Assembly: GCA_031406095.1 (NCBI GenBank)
Contig: JANOGR010000043.1
Location: 1-53,478, forward strand
Length of the DNA stretch: 53,478 nt
Reading direction: 5' to 3'
From: Ignavibacteriales bacterium
GTDB lineage: Bacteria; Bacteroidota; Ignavibacteria; UBA10030
Shown: piece by piece, positions 44,521-53,478 of the stretch
How positions within the stretch are numbered: the first letter of the stretch is position 1
Layout of the letters: each line of letters begins with the position of its first letter
Translations under genes and position numbers: made by a program
The notes under the pieces: model-generated
Database searches by the model: none
What the model saw: the letters and a program-made list of their open reading frames with translations, nothing else
Told to the model about the DNA's origin: nothing

Positions 44521-45263
44521 CCGCGCAATTCAATATGAAAGAGTACCGCAGGAACCTGGCAAACGTAGGGACGATTTTTCGAAAAGAGTTGCGATCCTAT
44601 TTCAATTCGCCGGTCGCATACGTCGTGATCATCGTGTTCCTGGCTTTCATTGAATGGTTCTACGTCAGCGACATCTTCAAAATTAACCTCGCGTCTGTAC
44701 GGGAGATGTTCTCGCTCATTCCCTGGATATTCGTCTTCGTGATTCCCGCCATTACCATGCGGCTCATCGCCGAGGAAAAGAAGGCAGGGACGATCGAGCT
44801 TCTGGCCACGCTGCCTTTGATGGACGCTGAGATTGTCCTCGGGAAATTCTTTGCTGCGTGGGCTCTCATTTGCATCGCCCTTTCTCCGACGCTTATCCAC
44901 ATTGTGACGATTGCCTTCCTCGGCGACCTTGACATAGGCCCCGTGGTGGGTGGTTACCTGGGGTTGATGCTCATGGCGGGCGTGTTCGTGGCGGTCGGCC
45001 TTTTTGCATCAAGCCTCAGCGAGAATCAGATCGTTGCGATGATCATCGGCCTTGTCCTGATGTTTGCACTGATGATTCTCGACAAAATCCTCGTGTATCT
45101 TCCGGGCTTTATCATCGGCGCGGTGGAGTACCTCGGGGTCGATTCTCATTTTTCCAGCATTGCACGCGGCGTCATCGATACGCGGGATTTGATCTATTTT
45201 GCCTCCGTCCTGGGTTTCATGTTATACCTTTCGACCCTGTCTCTCAGCCGGCGGAAATGGTAA
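44517..45263 (+). CDS. ABC-2 type permease (GldF-like)
   Basis: ATG 44517 overlaps the upstream stop (ATGA). About 248 aa with 6 TM spans. Confidence 0.8.
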   Translation: MTAQFNMKEYRRNLANVGTIFRKELRSYFNSPVAYVVIIVFLAFIEWFYVSDIFKINLASVREMFSLIPWIFVFVIPAITMRLIAEEKKAGTIELLATLPLMDAEIVLGKFFAAWALICIALSPTLIHIVTIAFLGDLDIGPVVGGYLGLMLMAGVFVAVGLFASSLSENQIVAMIIGLVLMFALMILDKILVYLPGFIIGAVEYLGVDSHFSSIARGVIDTRDLIYFASVLGFMLYLSTLSLSRRKW

Positions 45264-45267
45264 CGGT

Positions 45268-46812
45268 ATGAACAGCAAGAAGACGCAAGCCATAACCCGA
45301 GCAGCGTTGATCCTCGGGATCCTCATCCTGGTCAACTTTATTTCGATCCGTCTGTTTGGAAGGCTGGACCTGACGAAACAGGGCGTCTATACTCTTTCCG
45401 ATGCCAGTAGAAATCTTGTCGGCTCGCTTGACGACCGTGTCAGCGTTAAGGCATACTTCACCGAAGACCTTCCCGCACCCTACAACAGTTATCGCCGCAC
45501 CGTGCTCGACATGCTGAACGAGTACAAGGCATACTCCAAAGGCAACCTGACGTTTGAGTTCATCAGCCCGCAGGGTGAAAAAGGCGAACAGGACGCCCAG
45601 CAGCAGGGAATTCCGCCCGCGCAGGTGAATGTTTTCAAGGAAGACAAACTCGAAGTCGTCCGGGCCTACTTTGGGCTCATTTTTCTGTACGAGGACCGCA
45701 AAGAAACACTTCCCACCGTCCAAAACCTCGGATCACTGGAATACGATATCAGCAGCACGATCAAGAGGCTTGTGACGAGAACGAAAAAGAAAATCGGCTA
45801 CACGACGGGCCATCAGGAAACAAACCTGACCGAGCTGCGCCAGGCAAACCAGACACTCATTCAGCAGTACGACCTTGTTCCCGTTGATCTCAGCTCATCG
45901 AAATCTGTTCCTTCCGACATTGCTTCGCTGCTCGTGATCGCCCCGCAATCAAAATTCAGCGACAGTGCGAAGTACGCGATCGACCAGTATCTCATGAGCG
46001 GCGGCAAGGTTGCCTTCCTGCTCAACAAGATGAACGCCAACCTTCAGGCCCGGTTTGCCCAGCCGATGGATGTGGGCCTGGACGACCTTCTTGAACAATA
46101 CGGCGTTCGAATGAACGGGGATCTTGTCCGGGATTTCCAGTGTGCCACTGTTTCCATGCAGCAACAACAGGGGATGTTCCAGTTCGTCAGTCAGGTTCCG
46201 TTTCCCTACATGCCCGTCGGGTCGGACTTTGACCAGACGAACTCCATGGTCAAGAATCTGCAGGGAATTACGTTCTATTTCGTAAGCTCGCTCGACACAA
46301 CTCCTGCTGCTTCAAAAGGGTTGAAAGCCTCCGTGCTCATCCGCAGCTCGAAGCGAAGCGGGCGTCAAACAGGGTTCACACCCATCGACCCGTTGAAACG
46401 CTACACGGCGGATGAACTTGCTGAGTCCGGCATCCCACTTGCCGCCGTTGTGGAAGGTACCTTTCAGAGTCTTTTTACAGGGAAGCCCCTGACGCCGGGA
46501 TTGACGAGCAGCCCCAACACGCGAATACTGGTTGTGGGCGACGGGGATTTCATGCGGGATGAGATGCGCGGCAGCAGGGACAACTTGACGTTCTTTGCAA
46601 ATATCGTCGACTACCTCGCCGACGATGCGGGTTTGATCACCATTCGTTCCAAGAATATCGCCACTCCTCCTTTGGAGCAGATTTCGGACGGCACGCGGCA
46701 GTTTTTGAAATACACCAACCTCGTGTTGCCACCGCTGCTGGTTGCCGGGTATGGTTTATTCAGGTGGAGACGACGGGTCGCCATCAAGAAATCGCTCGGA
46801 GCCCAATTGTAA
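45268..46812 (+). CDS. GldG-like ABC-transporter auxiliary protein
   Basis: Internal ATG 45268 (MNSKKTQAIT...). Has N- and C-terminal TM anchors flanking a large exported domain, and follows the ABC-2 permease. Confidence 0.75.
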   Translation: MNSKKTQAITRAALILGILILVNFISIRLFGRLDLTKQGVYTLSDASRNLVGSLDDRVSVKAYFTEDLPAPYNSYRRTVLDMLNEYKAYSKGNLTFEFISPQGEKGEQDAQQQGIPPAQVNVFKEDKLEVVRAYFGLIFLYEDRKETLPTVQNLGSLEYDISSTIKRLVTRTKKKIGYTTGHQETNLTELRQANQTLIQQYDLVPVDLSSSKSVPSDIASLLVIAPQSKFSDSAKYAIDQYLMSGGKVAFLLNKMNANLQARFAQPMDVGLDDLLEQYGVRMNGDLVRDFQCATVSMQQQQGMFQFVSQVPFPYMPVGSDFDQTNSMVKNLQGITFYFVSSLDTTPAASKGLKASVLIRSSKRSGRQTGFTPIDPLKRYTADELAESGIPLAAVVEGTFQSLFTGKPLTPGLTSSPNTRILVVGDGDFMRDEMRGSRDNLTFFANIVDYLADDAGLITIRSKNIATPPLEQISDGTRQFLKYTNLVLPPLLVAGYGLFRWRRRVAIKKSLGAQL

Positions 46813-46815
46813 CCT

Positions 46816-47706
46816 ATGAAACGAAACGTTCTTTTGCTGGGCGCCTTTGGAGTCCTCCTGATTGTCGCCTATCTCGTGCTCCAAAAACCGGGGGAGATGA
46901 GCTCGTCCGGTGAAAGCACCGGGAAACTTTTTGAAATCGATTCTCTTGCTGTCGATAAGATAGAGATTAAAACGGCAACGTTGTATCTTTTGTTCGAGAA
47001 AAAAGGCGTCGAGTGGTATATCGAACGGCCGCTGAGCGACAAGGCAGACCCCGCGGCGATTGCGAACGCGATTCATGAGGCCAGGACCCTTAGTGTGGGC
47101 GGCATCATATCCAGCAATCCGGAAAAACACGCCGTGTTCCAGGTTGATTCAAGCGGGACGGCTGTGACCGTGTACGAAAAAGGCTCGCCGAAGGCGTCGT
47201 TTGTTGTGGGAAAAGTCGGCCCCGGTTTCACGGACACGTATGTGCGGAAGCAGGGTTCCAACGATGTATCTTCTGTGATGGGCACGTTTGGCTACGTATT
47301 CGGCCGTGCACTCCGTGAATGGCGGGACAAAACCATCTTCACCATTCCGCAGGAATCGGTCAAAGAAGTGAAGTTTCAGTTCGGCGACACGACGTTCACT
47401 CTTGTTTACAAAGACACTGTCTGGGTGATCGGAAAAGACGTTGCCGATATGAGTGTTACGCAGAGTCTCGTGGGCGGTCTTTCGAATGTCACGGTGGACG
47501 ATTTTATTGACAGCACTCTCTCGCCACTTCCCAAAATTACTGCTCAGATTTCTTACGCGGGCCAGCAGATCCGGTTTGCGTTCTCCAAAACGCTCAGCAA
47601 GTACCATGTTCAGACATCAGCATCGCCGCGCTGGTATGTCATGGAATCATGGCGTGTGAATTCACTGCTGAAGCGAAAGAACGAGCTCATCAAGTCTGCG
47701 AAATAA
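46816..47706 (+). CDS. DUF4340-like exported protein
   Basis: 296 aa with an N-terminal anchor. Its position after the GldG-like gene is the usual DUF4340 context. Confidence 0.6.
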   Translation: MKRNVLLLGAFGVLLIVAYLVLQKPGEMSSSGESTGKLFEIDSLAVDKIEIKTATLYLLFEKKGVEWYIERPLSDKADPAAIANAIHEARTLSVGGIISSNPEKHAVFQVDSSGTAVTVYEKGSPKASFVVGKVGPGFTDTYVRKQGSNDVSSVMGTFGYVFGRALREWRDKTIFTIPQESVKEVKFQFGDTTFTLVYKDTVWVIGKDVADMSVTQSLVGGLSNVTVDDFIDSTLSPLPKITAQISYAGQQIRFAFSKTLSKYHVQTSASPRWYVMESWRVNSLLKRKNELIKSAK

Positions 47707-47735
47707 AAAAGCCCTTCAGATTGAAGGGCTTTTTC
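47705..47735. terminator. bidirectional intrinsic terminator
   Basis: AAAAA-GCCCTTCA-GAT-TGAAGGGC-TTTTT, between convergent genes. Confidence 0.8.
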
Positions 47736-47757
47736 TGTGTGACGGCTGCTAATCCTC

Positions 47758-48691
47758 CTACCACGCCCAATCAACAGAGCCTGCATGGGTTATGTTGGGT
47801 ATCTTCTCTGCGCTTCCATTAGCCAGCGATATTATGTAAATGAACCCCTCATCCGATTGCACGAGTAGTCGATTGCCCGCGCCCGACCATCTTGGTGCGG
47901 CGAGAATTACCGGTAGTTGTGTAGTTGTGTAATAGAGATAAGTGATTCCTTTCTGCCGGTCAGATTCATTATCCAAATACCAAAACTTATAGAGTCCTTT
48001 TGCCCGTTGTAAGCCATGAGGGTGCCGTTAGGTGATACAGCCCCATTCGCAGGGAAATTCGGACCCTCGCTAAACGTCAATTGTTCAAACTCAGAACCAT
48101 CTTCTCGAAGACGGTAAATTTGCTGCTGAATGCCGTTGCCATTACGCCAGGAACGGTTGAGATAGATCCATCGTCCATCCGCGGACCAGCACGTAGGATA
48201 TACGTAGCTCGTTTCAGGAAGCAGTACAGTTATTGATGAGTTTTCCAAACTCAATGTGTACAGTGAACTCACGCCTGCGAAAAAAAAGGGTATGCGCTGA
48301 CAAACCTTTTCCCGTCTGGAGCCCAAACTGGTAAAGTCCCCTCGGCAACAGTTTTTCTGTTCTTGCCGTCTGGATCAATGACAGCGATTTCCCATGGACA
48401 ATCATCGCAATTCTGAATTGCCGCATACAGAATCTTCTTTGCGTCTGAAGACCATCTTCCGCCAACAACTCCGATGGCTTCATTGGTAATCTGTACTATG
48501 TTTTCTCCGGTGGGGTCCGCGATGTACAATTGCGGTTTGCCCGAAACTCTCGATGTGAAGAGAATCTTGTTGTGATAGTTTGGTTCAGCCGGAGGCTCAA
48601 CACCTTTATCGCATGAAAGAAAAAAAAGAAAGAGGCTCAACAACTTGATGCATATTGGGGAGAGATTTCGCACCATCTTGCTCCAGTTCAT
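47758..48691 (-). pseudogene. TolB-like PD40 beta-propeller lipoprotein, disrupted by two frameshifts
   Basis: Three consecutive minus-strand ORFs in different frames carry PD40-type repeats (WSSDAKKILYAA, WAPDGKRFV, WSADGRWIY, PRWSGAGNRLLV). The first has the lipobox FFLSC. The lesions are located under findings. Confidence 0.75.
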
Positions 48692-48838
48692 GTGTTTCTT
48701 AGAAATGATTGACTCCTTGCCTTTGTATTCTTCAACCTTTAACCATTCAAAATCTCGATTCCTGCAACAAGAGTCAAGAAAGGCAGTTCCTCCTTGCGTA
48801 GCTAGGCAATTTTGGTTAATTTGCCCGTCCCAATTTCT

Positions 48839-50842
48839 ATGATGAAAACAATGCTTCCCAGGTTCTCTTTCTTTTTGCTGCTGACCGCCGCGTTCATGCT
48901 CGCTGGCTGTTCAAGTTCCTCCGTCGTTGCAAGTATCGGCAACGAGAAACTCAGTCTTGAAGAGTTTGAGGATACTTACTCCAAAAACAACGGCGGCTGG
49001 GACGCGAGCGCCGGGTCGTCACTTGAAGACCGCCAGCGATTCCTCGACCTTATCATCAAGTTCAAGCTGAAAGTACAGGAAGCAAGGGGACAGGGACTCT
49101 TACAAGACACGTCGATTCAGAACGAGCTCGATACGTACCGACTGTCCGTTGCGCAGACGTACATGCTGGAAAAGGAACTCGTCGAGCCCCACCTGAAGGA
49201 TATGTACCAAAGGAAGCTGGAAGAGCTTCGCGCCAGCCACATTTTGTTCCGTCTGGCCCCCAACGCCCCTCCCGCAGATACGGCTGCGGCATATAACAAG
49301 GCTTTGAACATCATCAAAATGATTCCGACGGAAAGCTATGATTCGCTTGCCGTGACGTTTTCGGAAGACCCCAGCGCCGCTTACAACAAGGGGGACCTTG
49401 GTTTTTTCACTGTGAGTCGAATGGTCCCTGAGTTCGAAGATGCGTGTTTTAGCCTCAAAGCCGGACAACACACAACGCTGCCGGTTCGGACCCAGTTTGG
49501 ATACCATGTTCTAAAACTTACGGCACGCCATCCAAACCCGGGCTCGGCTCGAATAAACCACATCCTGAAGAGGTTCTCGCCCGACGGAAAAGACTCTCTG
49601 GTTATTCGGGACACGATGTGGGCCATCTATCGCCGTCTCAAACAAGGCCAACCGTTCGACCAGGCTGCCAGCGCATTAAGCGAGGATCCGGGAAGCGCGG
49701 CGCGGGGCGGCGAAATCGGCGTTTTTGAAAGGGCTCAGCTTCCCCCCGAGATGGGCACCTTGTTATTTTCAGCACCGGTCGATTCTGTCCTGGAGCCGTT
49801 CCGGACGGTCTATGGCTACCATATTTTCAAGGTCACCGAGCGAAAAAATATTCCCCCGTTTGCAGAACTCGAAAGAGACCTTCGGCAGCAATACCAGCAA
49901 ATGCGGTACGAAAAAGACTACCAGCAGTACCTGCTCAAACTCAAGAGGCAGTACCAGCTCAGTGTTGATACGCCGCAGGTGACGAAGCTTGCGCAGAACA
50001 TCAAAATCGCCAGAAGTTTATCCGACTCGGACTGGGTCGCCCGAGTGCCAAAGGATTTTTTGAAGCGGCAGCTGTTGGCTGTCAGGTTAAAAAGCGTTTC
50101 GGTGAGTGATTTCCTTGAAAAGGCTCAACCTTTTGCCGACTCCCGAAAGATGCCTGCTTCTCCTGACAGCCTTCTGGTCATCGTTGACCGAATCGCCGAA
50201 AACCTTGTCATCGAGCAACATGCCGGCGCCGCCATAAACCGTCACCCGGCGTTTGGAAGGCTCATGCAAGAGTATCTCGAGGGTATCCTCCTGTACCGGA
50301 TCGAGCAGGATGAAATCTGGAAAAAACTCGCTGTAAATGATTCTGTGCTGCGTCCGTTTTACAATGTGAACAAGGAAAAATACCGGTGGCCCGACCGTGT
50401 GAACTTTGCCGAGATTTTTGTCACTTCAGACAGTGTTGCGAAGCGTGCTTATTGGAAACTTCAATTCGGCGAAGATTTTCTCTCCGTCGCCGAGGAGCAC
50501 ACCATGCGCACCGGTTACCGTGAAAAGCTCGGCGTTTGGGGATTCCAGCCGTTAACATTGAACGAGCTCACCGCGCGGGCGAGTAAAATGGTTATTGACA
50601 GTGTGAGTCCCATATTCCGACACGAAAACGGCTGGTCTATCATCAAAGTGATCGGGCGGGATATCGCTCGAGTGAAAACGTTCGAAGAAGCCGGACCGGA
50701 GTTGGTAAGCGGATATCAGGAACAAGCGGCGAAAACACGCGAGATGGAGTGGGTGGAATCGCTCAAGAAGAAGTATCCCGTGACGGTGAACAAAGATGCC
50801 GTGGGGAAGGCGTTCAAGGTGAAAAGATTTGAAGCACAGTGA
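48839..50842 (+). CDS. PpiD/SurA-like parvulin-type peptidyl-prolyl isomerase lipoprotein
   Basis: Internal ATG 48839 with lipobox MLAGC. Two parvulin-like domains are present (ASHILF...GDLGFF...FGYHVLK; GGEIGVF...YGYHIFK). Confidence 0.85.
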   Translation: MMKTMLPRFSFFLLLTAAFMLAGCSSSSVVASIGNEKLSLEEFEDTYSKNNGGWDASAGSSLEDRQRFLDLIIKFKLKVQEARGQGLLQDTSIQNELDTYRLSVAQTYMLEKELVEPHLKDMYQRKLEELRASHILFRLAPNAPPADTAAAYNKALNIIKMIPTESYDSLAVTFSEDPSAAYNKGDLGFFTVSRMVPEFEDACFSLKAGQHTTLPVRTQFGYHVLKLTARHPNPGSARINHILKRFSPDGKDSLVIRDTMWAIYRRLKQGQPFDQAASALSEDPGSAARGGEIGVFERAQLPPEMGTLLFSAPVDSVLEPFRTVYGYHIFKVTERKNIPPFAELERDLRQQYQQMRYEKDYQQYLLKLKRQYQLSVDTPQVTKLAQNIKIARSLSDSDWVARVPKDFLKRQLLAVRLKSVSVSDFLEKAQPFADSRKMPASPDSLLVIVDRIAENLVIEQHAGAAINRHPAFGRLMQEYLEGILLYRIEQDEIWKKLAVNDSVLRPFYNVNKEKYRWPDRVNFAEIFVTSDSVAKRAYWKLQFGEDFLSVAEEHTMRTGYREKLGVWGFQPLTLNELTARASKMVIDSVSPIFRHENGWSIIKVIGRDIARVKTFEEAGPELVSGYQEQAAKTREMEWVESLKKKYPVTVNKDAVGKAFKVKRFEAQ

Positions 50843-51695
50843 ACTTCTGGTGGTCTGTTTTGTTTTGGCTGCGTGGGGTTGTGGTCGGGAAGGCTCTTCA
50901 AAGAACGCGGTCGCACGCGTGGACGACCAGACGTTGACGATGGATCATATCCGGGCAGACCTCGATTCCACGGCCATTTCCGAGTCACAGCTTCAGCAAT
51001 ATATCCAGCGCTGGCTGACGGACGAAATTCTGTACCGGGAGGCTGTGCGGCGCGGCCTTGACCGGAACGACAACATTAGTTCACGACTCGAAAAGATACG
51101 GCGTCAGCTTGCCATTCAAGCTCTCCTGGAGATTGAAGTGTTCAACGACCGGAGCGTGAGGGCAACCGACAATGAAGTCGGGGACTACTTTGAAACCCAC
51201 AAGGAAGAATTCAACCTCACGAACGATGTTGCGCTTGTCAGTTATGTCCTCTTCGTCCAGCGCGACGCTGCGACGGCTTACAGGAATTCGGTGCTCCGCG
51301 GCATTGTATGGGCTGAGGCGCTGAAACTGACGCTCGAAAACCCCGTCCAGGCATTGTCGGTCCGTGCCCACGTTGATTCTGTGTATCATACGCAGGCCTC
51401 GCTCTTCCCGCCTGAATTGTGGCGCGTGGCTGCGGGAATCAGCGCCCGTGAACCCTCGTTCCCGGTGAATACCGCCGACGGTTATTATGTGCTGATCGCC
51501 TGGCGCTTTTCCAGGCAGGGACAACGGGCTGACCTGAAGTTCGTGGAAGATGAAATCCGCGGAAGAATTGCCGTCGAGCGGCGCAAAAGAATATATGACT
51601 CGCTGCTGGCGAACCTTCGCATCCAGCATAACGTTGAAGTATTGCTGAGCTCGGCCGTGAGCGATACCGTGAGCCTTACCAAGCCGTTAGACTAA
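50829..51695 (+). CDS. SurA-N/parvulin-like chaperone lipoprotein (degenerate PPIase domain)
   Basis: 288 aa with a TTG start and lipobox AAWGC. Has a SurA_N-like segment (QQYIQRWLTDEILYREA) and a degenerate parvulin end (DGYYVLIA). Confidence 0.65.
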   Translation: MKHSELLVVCFVLAAWGCGREGSSKNAVARVDDQTLTMDHIRADLDSTAISESQLQQYIQRWLTDEILYREAVRRGLDRNDNISSRLEKIRRQLAIQALLEIEVFNDRSVRATDNEVGDYFETHKEEFNLTNDVALVSYVLFVQRDAATAYRNSVLRGIVWAEALKLTLENPVQALSVRAHVDSVYHTQASLFPPELWRVAAGISAREPSFPVNTADGYYVLIAWRFSRQGQRADLKFVEDEIRGRIAVERRKRIYDSLLANLRIQHNVEVLLSSAVSDTVSLTKPLD

Positions 51696-51697
51696 AA

Positions 51698-52966
51698 ATG
51701 AAGACCCGATTTATACTTTTATTTCTCCTGATTGCTTGGTTCACGCCGTGCCGTTCTCAAACGCTCATCGACCGGATTGTCGCTGTAGTGGACAGGGAAA
51801 TTATTACCGAGTCGGAGCTGAACGAACGGGTCAACTTCATCGCTTTGCAGAACAAGCTCGATGCGACGAAGGAAGACTTGAAACGCCAGGTGTTGGATGC
51901 CATGGTGGCAGAAAAGCTGATCCTCGCGCAAGCCATCATCGACAGCTTCGAGGTATCGGACGATCAGGTGACCCAGGCATTGGACCAGCAGATCCAGAAT
52001 ATCACACGCCAGCTCGGGTCGACGGAGCGGGTTGAGCAATACTATGGCAAGCCCATTAGTCGCATCAAAAGGGAATTCCGGGACGAAATGCGGAAACAGC
52101 TTTTGGTCCAGCGTGTGCGACAATCCCGTGAGGCGTCGTTGACCGTCAGCCGCAGGGAAGCGGAGGAATTCTTTACGACGTTTAAAGACAGCTTGCCCCG
52201 TGTTCCGGAGGAGTTCGCACTGAGCCACATCTTTATGGTGCCCAAAGCCGATTCCTCCCACCAGCTGCAGACACGCCAAAAATTGCAAGCGATTCTGGAC
52301 AGCATCCGTGCAGGCGGCAAGTTTGAGGATTTTGCAAAGCGCCACTCGCAAGATGGTTCGGCCTCCGGGGGAGGTGATCTCGGCTGGGTGAAACGCGGCG
52401 ATTTTGTGCGCGAGTTCGAAGAGGTCGTGTTTGCGTTGAAGGAAAACGAAATCTCCAGCATCGTGAAAACGCAGTACGGTTTTCACGTCATCCAGCTGAT
52501 CGGGCGGCGCGGGGAATCCGTGCGAGCCAGGCATGTTCTCCTCAAGATCGAAAAGGGTGCTGCCAGCGATTCTACAACCGTACAGCAACTTCGTGCGTTG
52601 CGAGAACGCATTCTCAAAGGTGAATTTTTTTCGGATCTCGCAAAAAAGTATTCTGAGGATGAGGAATCCAAACTGCTCGGCGGAGACCTCGGGGAGCTCA
52701 CCGTTGACCAGCTCGCCGCGGACTTTGCATCCGTGGTGACAGAAATGACGACGGGAGAAATCAGCCAGCCGCATCGAGTCACTCTGGGAGCGAGTTACGG
52801 CTTTCAGATCATTTGGCTGCGGAAACGGATCCCATCACACGCCATGAATATTGAGGACGATTTCACCCGGGTGGAACAACTGGCGCTTTATATGAAGAAG
52901 AACCGCACAAATCAGGAATGGGTGGCCGGCCTGAAGAAAAGTATCTTCTATGAAATACGGTTTTAG
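51698..52966 (+). CDS. surA: SurA-like periplasmic chaperone / PPIase
   Basis: 422 aa with a signal peptide. Has a SurA_N domain (IVAVVDREIITESEL) and two parvulin domains (GGDLGWV...YGFHVIQL; GGDLGEL...YGFQIIW). Confidence 0.85.
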   Translation: MKTRFILLFLLIAWFTPCRSQTLIDRIVAVVDREIITESELNERVNFIALQNKLDATKEDLKRQVLDAMVAEKLILAQAIIDSFEVSDDQVTQALDQQIQNITRQLGSTERVEQYYGKPISRIKREFRDEMRKQLLVQRVRQSREASLTVSRREAEEFFTTFKDSLPRVPEEFALSHIFMVPKADSSHQLQTRQKLQAILDSIRAGGKFEDFAKRHSQDGSASGGGDLGWVKRGDFVREFEEVVFALKENEISSIVKTQYGFHVIQLIGRRGESVRARHVLLKIEKGAASDSTTVQQLRALRERILKGEFFSDLAKKYSEDEESKLLGGDLGELTVDQLAADFASVVTEMTTGEISQPHRVTLGASYGFQIIWLRKRIPSHAMNIEDDFTRVEQLALYMKKNRTNQEWVAGLKKSIFYEIRF

Positions 52967-52987
52967 TCAAAGGTCAAGGGTGGAAGT

Positions 52988-53478
52988 TTGAGCGACGTAG
53001 AATCCGTAAAACGTCTTTCGGTGGCTTACGATCAGCTTCGGTCCGAAATCGGCAAGGTGATCGTTGGCCACGAGAGCATCATCGAACATTTGGTGATTGC
53101 TCTTTTGTCCCGCGGCCATTGTCTGCTGGTCGGAGTCCCGGGTTTAGCCAAAACTTTGTTGATCAAAACGCTCGCCGATGTACTCGACCTCAAGTTCAAT
53201 CGCATCCAGTTTACACCCGATTTGATGCCGAGCGACATCACCGGGACTGAAATCATCGAGGAAAATGTTTCCACGGGCCAGAAATCATTCAAGTTCGTGC
53301 ACGGCCCTGTTTTCGCGAATATTATTCTCGCCGACGAGATCAACAGAACTCCCCCGAAGACTCAGGCCGCCCTTCTCGAGGCGATGCAGGAACATCATGT
53401 GACAGCGGCGGGCCAAACTCACAGGCTTGAAGAACCGTTCTTTGTGCTGGCGACGCAAAACCCGATTGAACAGGAAGG
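52988..53478 (+). CDS. MoxR-family AAA+ ATPase (partial, runs off window)
   Basis: The open frame reads ...[39 protein letters not shown]...[23 protein letters not shown]...[13 protein letters not shown]. The start (TTG 52988 or GTG 53021) is uncertain. Confidence 0.85.
   Translation, partial: MSDVESVKRLSVAYDQLRSEIGKVIVGHESIIEHLVIALLSRGHCLLVGVPGLAKTLLIKTLADVLDLKFNRIQFTPDLMPSDITGTEIIEENVSTGQKSFKFVHGPVFANIILADEINRTPPKTQAALLEAMQEHHVTAAGQTHRLEEPFFVLATQNPIEQE

Noticed and set aside
51719-52774. 351-aa minus-strand ORF opposite surA
   Set aside because: The plus-strand frame has clear SurA_N and two parvulin domains. The antisense product has no recognisable features.
1-53478. Searched by eye for CRISPR arrays, rRNA, transposases/integrases, reverse transcriptases and toxin-antitoxin pairs
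   Set aside because: I saw no regularly spaced direct repeats, no rRNA-like conserved blocks and no ORFs with DDE, tyrosine-recombinase or RT motifs. Absence by eye is not proof, so a tool-based scan is still advisable.

Overview
A 53.5 kb stretch of bacterial chromosome, densely coded, about 50 genes. I saw no rRNA, tRNA, CRISPR array, transposase or integrase. Gene content suggests the Bacteroidota/Ignavibacteriota/Chlorobiota (FCB) group: a GldA/F/G-like ABC set, an Hc1-like histone, a SurA/PpiD triplet and MoxR at the right edge. That placement is inference only.

Layout:
1. 0.7-18.1 kb: a near-complete heme biosynthesis supercluster (hemX-like, hemA-C-D-E-F-H-Y, DoxX, a lipoprotein truncated hemoglobin, hemB, hemL, hemN). 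An AT-richer, opposite-strand riboflavin operon (ribE-H-BA-D, with FMN riboswitch) interrupts it and is flanked by two copies of the hemL 3' end.
2. 18.1-22.2 kb: a minus-strand locus headed by a cobalamin riboswitch (Dph6-like PP-loop ATPase, TonB-dependent receptor, small CxxCH lipoprotein).
3. 23.4-28.3 kb: a five-gene iron-uptake operon (FTR1-DUF2318 fusion, porin, FMN-binding protein, 4-TM protein, ApbE) behind a Fur-box-like site.
4. 28.4-43.3 kb: housekeeping and miscellaneous genes (SDR, deoxyhypusine-synthase-like, Hc1-like, GH20, SRAP, DUF72, TVP38, CNNM, DinB, DUF3052, cyclase), plus an orphan 959-aa degenerate Upf1-like helicase.
5. 43.5-53.5 kb: a GldA/F/G-like ABC system with DUF4340, a frameshifted TolB-like propeller pseudogene, three tandem PPIase chaperones, and a partial MoxR.

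Two exact sigma54 -24/-12 consensus matches lie upstream of hemN and of a histidine-enriched secreted protein.

No single feature is clearly a new system. The best candidates for follow-up are the flavinylation-linked iron operon, the B12-riboswitch/Dph6-like/TonB locus, the rib-operon insertion scar and the degenerate helicase. All coordinates for non-ORF features were counted by hand and may be off by a base or two.
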